From positions 50,743-114,742 of the forward strand of contig JABJNO010000017.1 of assembly GCA_018664825.1 (NCBI GenBank): a stretch of 64,000 nucleotides of DNA, written 5' to 3'. Below, one piece after another: positions 1 to 8,332 of this stretch. A program made the translations under genes and the position numbers. The notes under the pieces were generated by a model that was given only the letters and a program-made list of their open reading frames with translations, made no database searches and was not told the DNA's origin. Positions within the stretch are counted from its first letter, which is position 1. Each line of letters opens with the position of its first letter. This DNA comes from Candidatus Parcubacteria bacterium (GTDB lineage: Bacteria; Patescibacteriota; Patescibacteriia; UBA1558; GWA2-36-10).

Positions 1-296
1 CTTGAAATCATCGGTTCCCATAAAATCTACAAACATCTTCTCCAACTTTTTTATATTTTTTATTCCTAAAGTGTTAAATGATAATTCAAAATTCCTATAT
101 AAATTGCCAGTCAGAAAAAACTTTTCAATTTCTGCTCCTGTCCTACCAGCACTATAAAAAGCACCTATCAAAGCACCGATACTACAGCCAGATATAGCAC
201 TAAATTTATAATTTAGCTGATCCAAAACTTTTAAGACACCAATATGGGCTATTCCCCTGACGCCTCCTCCTGATAATACTAGTCCTACTTTTTTCA
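1..296 (-). CDS. Patatin-like phospholipase, N-terminal part (runs off the window start)
   Basis: Reverse translation of 1-296 gives MKKVGLVLSGGGVRGIAHIGVLKVL...GCSIGALIGAFYSAG, with the oxyanion GGGxRG and the GxSxG serine motif. The start ATG is the complement of 294-296. Confidence 0.6.
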
Positions 297-311
297 TATC
301 TTTATTAAAAT

Positions 312-662
312 TTATACTATTTGTTTAACAAAAAAATCCACGTCTTTGTCTTTTATGTCTGCTGTAGATGTGATTTTTAGATGCCGACGAAATTTTCCTG
401 TGCCCTCCAATATAGTTTTTGGATCTTTCATTTTGAAACCATGAGAAAATTCAAAAGAAACATGTTTTTTACTTGCAAAAAGACCACCAAAATCATCGGC
501 TAAAGAAAACATAATACCGCCATACATTATCCTTTCTTTTACCTTTGGATGTTGTTTGAAAACAATATCACGTAATTTTCGTAAAATATTAAATTTCTCA
601 TCATCAAGCGTCATCATGTCCGAAAGAAACTTATTAACTTGTTCATTTTTCGATTTTTTCAT
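312..662 (-). CDS. DUF1801 (YdhG-like) domain protein
   Basis: 116-aa ORF; the sequence pattern resembles the DUF1801 family. Confidence 0.45.
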   Translation of the reverse strand: MKKSKNEQVNKFLSDMMTLDDEKFNILRKLRDIVFKQHPKVKERIMYGGIMFSLADDFGGLFASKKHVSFEFSHGFKMKDPKTILEGTGKFRRHLKITSTADIKDKDVDFFVKQIV

Positions 663-729
663 AATTTAAGTATAACAAAAAATCACCTGTTTATAAAGTG
701 AGTCTTTGAGGGTGTATTATGCTTGGTTT

Positions 730-1098
730 TTATAAAAAATTCTCCTGTATATATGAGACAATGCTTTGCAGGTTGGAATCTGACTTAACAAAATAATGCA
801 TAACATTGTACTTTTTTGCAACACCTCTATCTTCTTCTTGACCTAAATTAGAGACAATAATTACTGGTGTTTCATTTTTGTCTTCCCGTATCTTTTGAAG
901 AAATGCGAAGCCATCCATTTTTGGCATAATGATATCCAATAATATCAAGTCAAATTTATCAGACTCCAGCTCCTTGACGGCCTCTGTACCATTGGCAGCT
1001 ATAGTGACAAGGAAATTTTCTTTTTGTAACTTAGCAGAAAGAACCTTTGATAAGCTTGCTTCATCCTCTACTACTAATATTTTTAATTTTTTGGACAT
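730..1098 (-). CDS. Stand-alone response-regulator receiver (CheY-like) domain protein
   Basis: LKILVVEDE...DLILLDIIMPKMDGF, with the acidic pocket and phospho-acceptor Asp typical of REC domains; 122 aa. Confidence 0.75.
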   Translation of the reverse strand: MSKKLKILVVEDEASLSKVLSAKLQKENFLVTIAANGTEAVKELESDKFDLILLDIIMPKMDGFAFLQKIREDKNETPVIIVSNLGQEEDRGVAKKYNVMHYFVKSDSNLQSIVSYIQENFL

Positions 1099-1234
1099 AT
1101 GTATAATAAGATTAATAACTCTAGTATAGCAAAAAACAATACATTTGACTACATTATTATTGACAAAACCCCATCAAAAGTGTTAGTTTGTAATGTCCGT
1201 TAAATTGAATAGTTCATTAAAAAAGGAGAGAAAA

Positions 1235-1780
1235 ATGTCAAAAGAACTGACAAGAGACGAGTTTGCTTTGTTGAAACAGGGAATCATTAGTATACGAGGA
1301 GAAATCACCACAGATACTCTTGATTATATGGAGTCTTGTATGCTCAATTTGGCTATTGTGGGAAATCCAGATATAGAGATCTGGTTTGCTAGCCACGGTG
1401 GCGATATCGAAGTAGGCGTTTGCATATTTGATATGATTCGTTTGTATCCGGGAGTGGTTACTGGTTATGTAGTTTCTTATGCTTATTCTTCTGCCGCTAT
1501 CATCCTCCAGGCCTGTGACTATAGAGTTGCGAGTCCTTCCTCTAGATTGATGATACACAACTGTAGTCTTACCAGAACCTATACCTACGATCAGATAAAA
1601 AAGGGTCTGATACCCAAAAAATCTATGAGCGTTATCGCTGAACCTCAAAAGAGAATAATTAGTATTCTAAAGGATGTGACAGGCCTAACAACTCAAGAGA
1701 TTCGCAAGATTCTCAAGCGGGGAGAAGTTGTCTCTGCCAAGGAAGCTAAGCGCATAGGGCTATTGGATGAAATACAATAA
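1235..1780 (+). CDS. clpP: ClpP-family serine protease subunit
   Basis: Catalytic-triad context: YSSAA (Ser), RLMIHN (His), GLLDEI (Asp). An AGGAG RBS lies 8 nt upstream of the ATG at 1235; the track ORF starts earlier at 1193. Confidence 0.75.
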   Translation: MSKELTRDEFALLKQGIISIRGEITTDTLDYMESCMLNLAIVGNPDIEIWFASHGGDIEVGVCIFDMIRLYPGVVTGYVVSYAYSSAAIILQACDYRVASPSSRLMIHNCSLTRTYTYDQIKKGLIPKKSMSVIAEPQKRIISILKDVTGLTTQEIRKILKRGEVVSAKEAKRIGLLDEIQ

Positions 1781-1793
1781 TCTCTCTATTTCA

Positions 1794-1831
1794 AAAGGTC
1801 TAGGATTTTATCCTAGACCTTTTTATTTTTG
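1794..1831 (+). terminator. Rho-independent terminator after clpP
   Basis: Hairpin aggtctaggattttatcctagacct followed by a T-run. Confidence 0.6.
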
Positions 1832-1878
1832 GCAGATTCATTGGGATTGCCACGTCGCTTTGCTCCTCGCAATGACGG
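1831..1878. repeat. 48-bp direct repeat copy (partner at 2089-2135 inside the mnmA 3' coding end)
   Basis: ggcagattcattgggattgcc[a/g]cgtcgct[t/c]tgctcctcgcaatgacg occurs twice with 2 mismatches. Confidence 0.8.
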
Positions 1879-1983
1879 GAATCTAAAGTATATTTGCACT
1901 ACAAATCAATTCATTATTTTTATATACAGCTAGTACTTGACCGGAGGCTACCCATTCGACTACGCTCAGGGTCTCTAAGTAAC

Positions 1984-3096
1984 CTATAATATCTTGCCAC
2001 TAGCAATAAGTTCGTCTTTTTTATAGATTGCTAGTATCTGACCTGATGCGACTCCTTTTTGTGGAGTTTTGAAGGTGGCGGTGTACATGGCAGATTCATT
2101 GGGATTGCCGCGTCGCTCTGCTCCTCGCAATGACGTTATTGTGACGTCTTGTTCGGCTTGTCTATATCTTATCTGAGCCTTGGCTTTGAGGGGTAATTTA
2201 TGTTCTTTGCCCAACCAGTGTAAGTCAGAAATTTGTACAGTTTTGTTGTACAGTTTTTCGTCATCAACATGCCCGACAATCAGCTTGTTGTTTTTTATAT
2301 CTTTGGTGACTACATACCAGGGGCCAGATCCTCCGATGTCCAGACCTTTGCGTTGGCCTATTGTATAGTACCAGACACCTTGGTGTGTACCCAGTACATT
2401 GCCATCGGTATCTACTATATCCCCTACTTTGGGTTTTATTTTTTGTTGGAGAAAAGTTTTGAGATCTACTTTACCGATAAAGCAAATACCTTGTGAGTCT
2501 TTGCGGTCGGCATTTGGTAGTTTGGCCTTGGTCGCTATCTTTCTGACTTCTGGTTTGATTATCTCTCCGATTGGAAACATTGTATAAGCTAGTTGGTCTT
2601 GAGTCAGCCCAGAAAGGAAGTAGGACTGATCTTTGTTTGGATCTTGGCCACGCAAGAGATGGAAATCATCCTCATCCTCTGTCACTTTGGCATAATGCCC
2701 CATAGCTATTTTATCAAAACCGAGTTCTTTGGCTTTTTTGAGGAAAAGTTTGAACTTGATTTCATTGTTGCATAGGATATCTGGATTTGGGGTCAGGCCA
2801 GCTTGGTAGCTATCAAAAATATAATCAACTATATGTTTGTGATATTGTTTTTCAAAATCAAGAGTTTGGATAGGTATGTCTAGATGAGCGGCTACTCGAT
2901 AGGCCATCAGGCGGTCTTCTTTCCATGGGCACTCACCTTTTATGTTTACAGACTCAGAAAAACACTTCATATAAGCAGCCTCTACTTGGTAGCCTTGCTC
3001 TTTGAGCAGATACAAAGCAACGGCGGAGTCTACTCCACCAGAAAGGCCTACTAGGATTTTTTGTTTTTTGGTCATTGTTTTACTATCTACCGTCAC
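1984..3096 (-). CDS. mnmA: tRNA-specific 2-thiouridylase MnmA
   Basis: PP-loop ILVGLSGGVDSAV and a conserved MnmA body. The start is probably the internal Met at 3075 (MTKKQK...). Confidence 0.85.
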   Translation of the reverse strand: MTVDSKTMTKKQKILVGLSGGVDSAVALYLLKEQGYQVEAAYMKCFSESVNIKGECPWKEDRLMAYRVAAHLDIPIQTLDFEKQYHKHIVDYIFDSYQAGLTPNPDILCNNEIKFKLFLKKAKELGFDKIAMGHYAKVTEDEDDFHLLRGQDPNKDQSYFLSGLTQDQLAYTMFPIGEIIKPEVRKIATKAKLPNADRKDSQGICFIGKVDLKTFLQQKIKPKVGDIVDTDGNVLGTHQGVWYYTIGQRKGLDIGGSGPWYVVTKDIKNNKLIVGHVDDEKLYNKTVQISDLHWLGKEHKLPLKAKAQIRYRQAEQDVTITSLRGAERRGNPNESAMYTATFKTPQKGVASGQILAIYKKDELIASGKIL

Positions 3097-3201
3097 TGCG
3101 AGTATATTATTGTTCGAGCTTGTCGAGAACTAAACTTCTCGATGCGCTTCGCTTACTCGAAGAATAAAAGATTTTGTTTCGTTTACTCGAAGAGTAAAGA
3201 G

Positions 3202-3489
3202 TTATTGGATTTTACCCCACTTACCTTTAATTAATTTTTCTTTTTTACTTCTATTCCAATTTTTGATTTGTTTTTCTCTATACCTAGCACATTCAAAGTC
3301 TTCATAGAGTTCCACGTATACAATTTGTTTTATACCATGCTTTGCAGTAAATTTTGAACCTAAACCACTTAGATGTTGGTCATAACGTTTACTTAAATCA
3401 TTTGTCATACCAACATAATATAAACTGTCTAAACATTCAATTATGTATACATACCAATTATTTTTTTGTCTCACCTCGTTAGAAATCAT
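3202..3489 (-). CDS. GIY-YIG nuclease domain protein
   Basis: YVYIIEC...YYVGMTNDLSKRYDQH, the classic GIY-YIG motif; 95 aa. Confidence 0.75.
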   Translation of the reverse strand: MISNEVRQKNNWYVYIIECLDSLYYVGMTNDLSKRYDQHLSGLGSKFTAKHGIKQIVYVELYEDFECARYREKQIKNWNRSKKEKLIKGKWGKIQ

Positions 3490-3609
3490 AGTAAAATAAA
3501 TTAATTATATTTCTTACGGGGTTTTATATATCTTTACAAAATATAGATTGTTTGTTAAGTTATGCGGGTCAAATGTTGTTTTTAAAACTCAAAACTCGGA
3601 GGTAACAAA

Positions 3610-3879
3610 ATGAATAAAGCGTTTCATATTGTACTGTTTTTACTACTAGGAGTCGTTGGTCCAGGTTTTTTGGCTCTCAATCTCAATCTCGGAAGGGAAT
3701 CTTTGGAAATTAGTAGATTAGCTGGTCTAATCTCTGTATTTGGCGTAGGTTCTATGGCCATGTTTCTCTATATTTCCATCCATTATTTTGTTTATAGATG
3801 TGAGCCCAATCAGGAACTTTCTAGATGGATAGGTATCTTATCTATCGTTTGTTTTTTACTTCCCAGTACAAATTTTTGA
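3610..3879 (+). CDS. Small membrane protein (hypothetical)
   Basis: GGAGG RBS 7 nt upstream, three hydrophobic segments, terminator downstream. Confidence 0.45.
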   Translation: MNKAFHIVLFLLLGVVGPGFLALNLNLGRESLEISRLAGLISVFGVGSMAMFLYISIHYFVYRCEPNQELSRWIGILSIVCFLLPSTNF

Positions 3880-3885
3880 GTTCAG

Positions 3886-3921
3886 ATAGCCAACCATCTT
3901 TATGGTTGGCTTTTTATTTTA
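3886..3921. terminator. Bidirectional hairpin terminator
   Basis: agccaaccatctttatggttggct followed by T-run; sits between convergent genes. Confidence 0.5.
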
Positions 3922-4197
3922 TTCTTCATCACCAAGCGCTTCATCGGCTAGTTTATCGAGATCTTCATTTTGCATACTACGCATAATAGTATTGAGCATA
4001 TCTCGTTTCATTTGTTCTCCTTTTTCAGGAGTGATATCGGCTAGTTGACGCTTGATAATCTCACGAGCTTTTTGATCGGCTTCATCGGCTAGTTTTTTTT
4101 CAGCCTCGGTGGCTAGTTTTTTTTTCAGCCTCATCTTCCAAATCATCCAAGATTTCATTTACTTGCCTTGATTCATTTGGATTATCAAAATTTTCCA
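3919..4197 (-). CDS. Small acidic coiled-coil protein, reading frame interrupted at an A9 homopolymer; translationally coupled to clpB
   Basis: The ATG at 4197 overlaps the clpB stop (TAATG). [27 protein letters not shown] runs into a +1 shift in an A9/A8 run, then continues in the other frame as LATEAEKKLADEADQ...ALGDEE. A 24-nt tandem repeat gctgaaaaaaaa(a)ctagcc[ac/ga] is present. Confidence 0.45.
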
Positions 4198-6774
4198 TTA
4201 TTTTATGGTTATTTTATTTTTATCAACGCTTATCTTTATTTTAGCATTTTCTGGGATTTTATTCTCTATAATACGCAAAGCAAGTTCATCCAAGATTTCG
4301 CTTTGGATCAAGCGTTTGAGTGGACGAGCACCAAACTGAGGATCAAATCCTTTTTTACCCAGATACTCGTAAACTGATTTATCAAACTCAAGGTTTATTT
4401 TTTTATTGTTTTGTAGTCTCTTGGCTACCATGTTGAGCTGGAGATCCACAATCTTTGTAATATCATCTTGAGATAATGAATGAAAAACAATCATATCGTC
4501 TAGACGATTGAGAAATTCTGGCTTGAAAGTATTTTTCATCAAGCCGTCGATTTGTTTGCGTAAGTTTTCATCTATTTTACCTTTGGCTTCTAGTATCAGA
4601 TCAGTACCTACATTTGAAGTCATGATAATGACAGTATTTTTGAAATTGACTGTTCTACCTTTGGCATCTGTCAGTCTACCGTCATCTAGTACTTGGAGCA
4701 AGATATTGAATACTTCGGGATGAGCTTTTTCTATTTCATCAAACAAAATTACAGAATATGGTCTACGACGGACAGCCTCGGTCAACTGACCACCTTCGTC
4801 ATATCCTACATATCCTGGAGGTGAACCGATCAATCTAGCGACGCTATGTTTTTCCATATATTCAGACATATCGATACGGATCATAGCTTCTTCTGAGCTA
4901 AACATAAATTCGGCCAGAGCTTTGGCGGTCTCGGTTTTGCCTACTCCGGTCGGTCCTAGGAATATAAAGCTACCAATAGGCTTGGTTTCCTCATTTATAC
5001 CAGCTCTAGAGCGTCTGACAGCGTTTGATACGGCCTTTATGGCCTCAGATTGACCAATTACCCTATTGCCCATATTTTGCTCCATTTTGGCCAATTTTGC
5101 GGTTTCTGACTCCAGCATTTTGTCGACTGGTACACCAGTCCAGCGAGAGACAACTTTGGCAATATCATTGGCTTCGACTTCTTCTTTGAGTAGTCTATTT
5201 TCAGTATTTATTTTGTTTAGTTTGGCAGTGTTGGCTTTTGTTTTCTTTTCTAGTTCAGGGATTTTGCCATAAGTGATTTCGGCTACTTTATTGAGCTCAC
5301 CGTCACGTTCGTATTTTTCAGCTTGAGCTTTGAGCTCTTCGATTTCTTTGGAAAATTTTTGGTTGCCATCAATCAAGTCTTTTTCGTTTTTCCACAAAAG
5401 TTCTAGTGATCTTTCTTGTTCTTTGAAATCAGCTAGCTGTTTGTCTATTTTTTTGAGTTCTTCTTTGTTTGATTTTTTATCTTTTTTCAAAGCTGCTTTG
5501 GATATTTCTAGTGAAGTGATTTTTCTTTTCAAAACATCTAGTTCAGTAGGTAGGCTGTCTATTTCTATTTTCAAAGCAGAAGTAGCTTCGTCTATCAGAT
5601 CAATAGCCTTGTCAGGTAAAAATCTATCAGTAATATATTTTTGGGATAGGTCTACGGCAGATAGGATTGCTTCGTCAGTAATATGGACACCGTGGTGGAC
5701 TTCGTATTTTTCTTTGAGACCACGGAGGATGTTGACCGTATCTTCAGAACTAGGCTCGCCGACATAGACAGGTTGAAAGCGTCTTTCGAGGGCAGCGTCT
5801 TTTTCGATATATTTTTGGTATTCTTTGAGAGTAGTTGCACCGATTGCATGTAGCTCACCGCGAGCTAGGGCTGGTTTGAGCATATTGCTGGCATCCATAG
5901 AGCCTTCGGCTCCACCAGCTCCAACGATAGTATGTAGCTCATCCATAAACAAGATCACTCCTCCTTGGGAATCTTGGATTTCTTTGAGGACTGTTTTGAG
6001 TCTATCTTCAAACTCACCTCTATATTTTGTACCTGCCAAAAGCAAGCCCATGTCTAGGGAAAGTAATTTTTTGTTTTTTAGAGATTCTGGTACATCGCCA
6101 GCGATGATTCTTTGGGCTAGTCCTTCTACTATAGCTGTCTTACCAGTACCGGGTTCACCGATCAAAACTGGGTTGTTTTTTGTGCGACGAGAAAGTACTT
6201 GCATTACTCTGCGAATCTCTTCGTCACGACCAATCACAGGATCTAGTTTTGAATCACTAGCTTGTTTGGTCATGTCGATTGTATATTTTTCCAAAGCTTG
6301 GATTTTGTTTTCAGGATTTTGGTCTGTAACTTTCATATTTCCTCTGACATCTTTCAGGATAGCCAAAAGTTTGTTTAAATCAAAATTGTCTTTGGCCAAA
6401 ATATCTTGGGCTATTTTAGAATTTTTGAGTAATGAGATCAAAAGATGTTCAACGCTCAAAAACTCATCTTTCATATCAGCTTTTTCATCTTCAGCATTTT
6501 TGAGTATTTTTTGAGTTTCTATAGATAAAGCTGGTTGAGCATCTTGTTCAACAACGGCCAGTTTGATGAGTTCTGCATCAGTAGTAATCAAAACACTATT
6601 TATATCAAGCTCAGCTTTTTCCCAGACTGACATTGCCATAGTATTTTTGGTACTAAGCAAAGACCACAAGACATGCAGTGGATCAATCTGGCTATTTTTT
6701 AGCTCCAAAGTTTTGCTATAGGCTGCTTGGATTACTTCGGCTAATTTCTCAGTTATGTTATTTGGATTTATCAT
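4198..6774 (-). CDS. clpB: Chaperone ClpB (AAA+ disaggregase, two NBDs plus middle coiled-coil)
   Basis: 858 aa with Walker A motifs GEPGTGKT and GPTGVGKT, a long coiled-coil M-domain and the ClpB C-terminus. Confidence 0.95.
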   Translation of the reverse strand: MINPNNITEKLAEVIQAAYSKTLELKNSQIDPLHVLWSLLSTKNTMAMSVWEKAELDINSVLITTDAELIKLAVVEQDAQPALSIETQKILKNAEDEKADMKDEFLSVEHLLISLLKNSKIAQDILAKDNFDLNKLLAILKDVRGNMKVTDQNPENKIQALEKYTIDMTKQASDSKLDPVIGRDEEIRRVMQVLSRRTKNNPVLIGEPGTGKTAIVEGLAQRIIAGDVPESLKNKKLLSLDMGLLLAGTKYRGEFEDRLKTVLKEIQDSQGGVILFMDELHTIVGAGGAEGSMDASNMLKPALARGELHAIGATTLKEYQKYIEKDAALERRFQPVYVGEPSSEDTVNILRGLKEKYEVHHGVHITDEAILSAVDLSQKYITDRFLPDKAIDLIDEATSALKIEIDSLPTELDVLKRKITSLEISKAALKKDKKSNKEELKKIDKQLADFKEQERSLELLWKNEKDLIDGNQKFSKEIEELKAQAEKYERDGELNKVAEITYGKIPELEKKTKANTAKLNKINTENRLLKEEVEANDIAKVVSRWTGVPVDKMLESETAKLAKMEQNMGNRVIGQSEAIKAVSNAVRRSRAGINEETKPIGSFIFLGPTGVGKTETAKALAEFMFSSEEAMIRIDMSEYMEKHSVARLIGSPPGYVGYDEGGQLTEAVRRRPYSVILFDEIEKAHPEVFNILLQVLDDGRLTDAKGRTVNFKNTVIIMTSNVGTDLILEAKGKIDENLRKQIDGLMKNTFKPEFLNRLDDMIVFHSLSQDDITKIVDLQLNMVAKRLQNNKKINLEFDKSVYEYLGKKGFDPQFGARPLKRLIQSEILDELALRIIENKIPENAKIKISVDKNKITIK

Positions 6775-6929
6775 AATTTATTTTAGTATTAGATATTATA
6801 GTAATTATTGAGAAATATGTCAAGGATTTTGGCACTTATCCACAGATTTTTGACAAAATGCTGTATTTATTGTAATTTATGAATCTAGGTGTCCTTTAAA
6901 ACTTTATCATCACAACCAAGGAGTGAAAC

Positions 6930-7256
6930 ATGGGAAAATTTCCTAAGATCCCCGAAACACAAGATTGTCCAATGACTTATGGTTATGGTCAAGCAGAAAT
7001 CGATCTTCCAAACCTCAAAATGGGCCTTGTCAAAGAAATGATGGATGGTGCTGGTTATGCGACCGACAATGGAATACCAACTAGAAAAAACGGTGAACTT
7101 GTAGGTTGGGTACTTACCATCATGTATGAGCCCGAAAGAGAAACGGATTTTCTAGAAGACCTTCGCGTAGCCTGTCTACGCAACAGCCTGGTAGTCATAG
7201 CCGAAGTTCATACACCCATCAATGCAGAAGGAGATGAAGATGGCCAAAGAGTTTGA
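6930..7256 (+). CDS. Hypothetical protein (plus-strand islet, elevated GC)
   Basis: GGAG RBS; 108 aa; no recognisable family; local GC about 43% against about 33% in the flanks. Confidence 0.5.
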   Translation: MGKFPKIPETQDCPMTYGYGQAEIDLPNLKMGLVKEMMDGAGYATDNGIPTRKNGELVGWVLTIMYEPERETDFLEDLRVACLRNSLVVIAEVHTPINAEGDEDGQRV

Positions 7257-7539
7257 TTGTATAGTCTACATGAAGTCTATTCGTCTAGAAATCACCGTCC
7301 CGGTGACTTTTGTTTGGGAATTCATGTATGAGTTTGGCGAAGAGTTTGCTTTCAACAATCCCATGGAGGGAGGAAAGGACCATCACGCCGTTGATGACTA
7401 TCATGCTCATCCAAATGGATGGCACGTCATGGTCACTATCGCTCTCAACCAAGAAGAGCACTTCTACAAGTGGTTTGATGATTTTTGCAAAAAGCGTGAT
7501 ATCACTTTTCGTGGTCCCGATGATGATGATATGCTTTAG
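7240..7539 (+). CDS. Hypothetical acidic protein overlapping the previous gene
   Basis: AGGAG RBS 9 nt before the ATG at 7240; overlaps the upstream stop by 17 nt; ends in DDDDML. Confidence 0.5.
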   Translation: MAKEFDCIVYMKSIRLEITVPVTFVWEFMYEFGEEFAFNNPMEGGKDHHAVDDYHAHPNGWHVMVTIALNQEEHFYKWFDDFCKKRDITFRGPDDDDML

Positions 7540-7546
7540 TATAAAC

Positions 7547-7578
7547 AAGACCAGTCTTTTGACTGGTCTTTTATTTTG
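7547..7578 (+). terminator. Rho-independent terminator
   Basis: aagaccagtcttttgactggtctt followed by ttattttgg. Confidence 0.6.
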
Positions 7579-7630
7579 GTGTATCTTTATATCATATTGA
7601 TGTTTTTTTCAATGTCAAAGGAGGTGCACA

Positions 7631-7900
7631 ATGTGTACAGTCAAAGACAAGGACATTTTGATCGACATGGGTCATGTATTGGTCAAAATAGTTGTCTTGT
7701 CAAACATTGCTCAGGAAGTAGCTGCGGCGATCAGAATAGAAGGTAAGTTTTCCATCTACGCAGTGCTCAATCACGACGGCGGTCAGGTTCATATCCTGAT
7801 ATCTTTACGAAGTATTGATCGAGCTGCGCTTGATCAACATTTACGAAAGGTAGCTTCTGACCTGCGTTTGCGTCGAATTGGTCCACCGGAGACACCCTGA
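7631..7900 (+). CDS. Hypothetical protein
   Basis: Strong RBS aaggaggtgcacaATG; 89 aa. Confidence 0.5.
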   Translation: MCTVKDKDILIDMGHVLVKIVVLSNIAQEVAAAIRIEGKFSIYAVLNHDGGQVHILISLRSIDRAALDQHLRKVASDLRLRRIGPPETP

Positions 7901-7908
7901 GTAAAAAA

Positions 7909-7948
7909 TAAGCCCTTAACAAAATTGTTGAGGGCTTTTTATTTATTT
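7909..7948. terminator. Bidirectional terminator hairpin
   Basis: aagcccttaacaaaattgttgagggctt flanked by A- and T-runs. Confidence 0.55.
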
Positions 7949-8326
7949 TATAAAATCAAAATGTTTGAGGACTGGTATTATATTTGGGCCTAGCTTGTCG
8001 GGTAGATTGTCCAAATCGTGCCAATTCCATTCGCGGATGTCTGCACTTGGTTTTATCTCCCCTATTCTCTTGGCCAAAAAATGCACCAAGATTATATCCA
8101 TATTATCTTTGCTAGCATAGGTAATAAAAGGAGTGTTATCGATTATTTCTATATCAATCCCTAGTTCTTCCTTGGCTTTTCTTTTGGCAGTATCAATCAG
8201 GTTTTCTTCAAGGTCATTTACTCGTCCGCCGCAGAATTTCCAAAAATCAGTATCACCATGATTATCCAGTAGCACCTTGTTGTTTTCTACTATGACTGGC
8301 CCTGAGGCAATTATTATTTTTGGCAT
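7943..8326 (-). CDS. NUDIX hydrolase
   Basis: Nudix box GGRVNDLEENLIDTAKRKAKEELGI (GX5EX7REUXEEXGU). Confidence 0.8.
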   Translation of the reverse strand: MPKIIIASGPVIVENNKVLLDNHGDTDFWKFCGGRVNDLEENLIDTAKRKAKEELGIDIEIIDNTPFITYASKDNMDIILVHFLAKRIGEIKPSADIREWNWHDLDNLPDKLGPNIIPVLKHFDFIK

Positions 8327-8332
8327 ATATTT

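Noticed and set aside
3097-3201. Imperfect direct repeats and hairpins (cgcttactcgaagaataaaag / cgtttactcgaagagtaaagag) upstream of mnmA as a regulatory element
   Set aside because: They are short and imperfect, lie in a terminator-and-promoter spacer between two minus-strand genes, and have no recognisable operator symmetry or known motif.
5825-6514. 229-aa plus-strand ORF and other long plus-strand ORFs (5330-5767, 9078-9401, 11189-11569, 25338-25766, 56482-56898, 59975-60430)
   Set aside because: They lie entirely antisense within well-supported conserved genes (clpB, the AMP phosphorylase gene, the ATPase, hydA, mreB, frr), have Ser/Leu-rich low-complexity translations typical of antisense frames in AT-rich DNA, and have no RBS.
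6838-6846. DnaA box TTATCCACA (and a second perfect box TGTGGATAA at 62711-62719) as an origin of replication
   Set aside because: These are only two isolated perfect 9-mers in 64 kb, which is close to chance expectation for both strands. There is no cluster, no AT-rich DUE with repeated 13-mers, and no dnaA or dnaN nearby.
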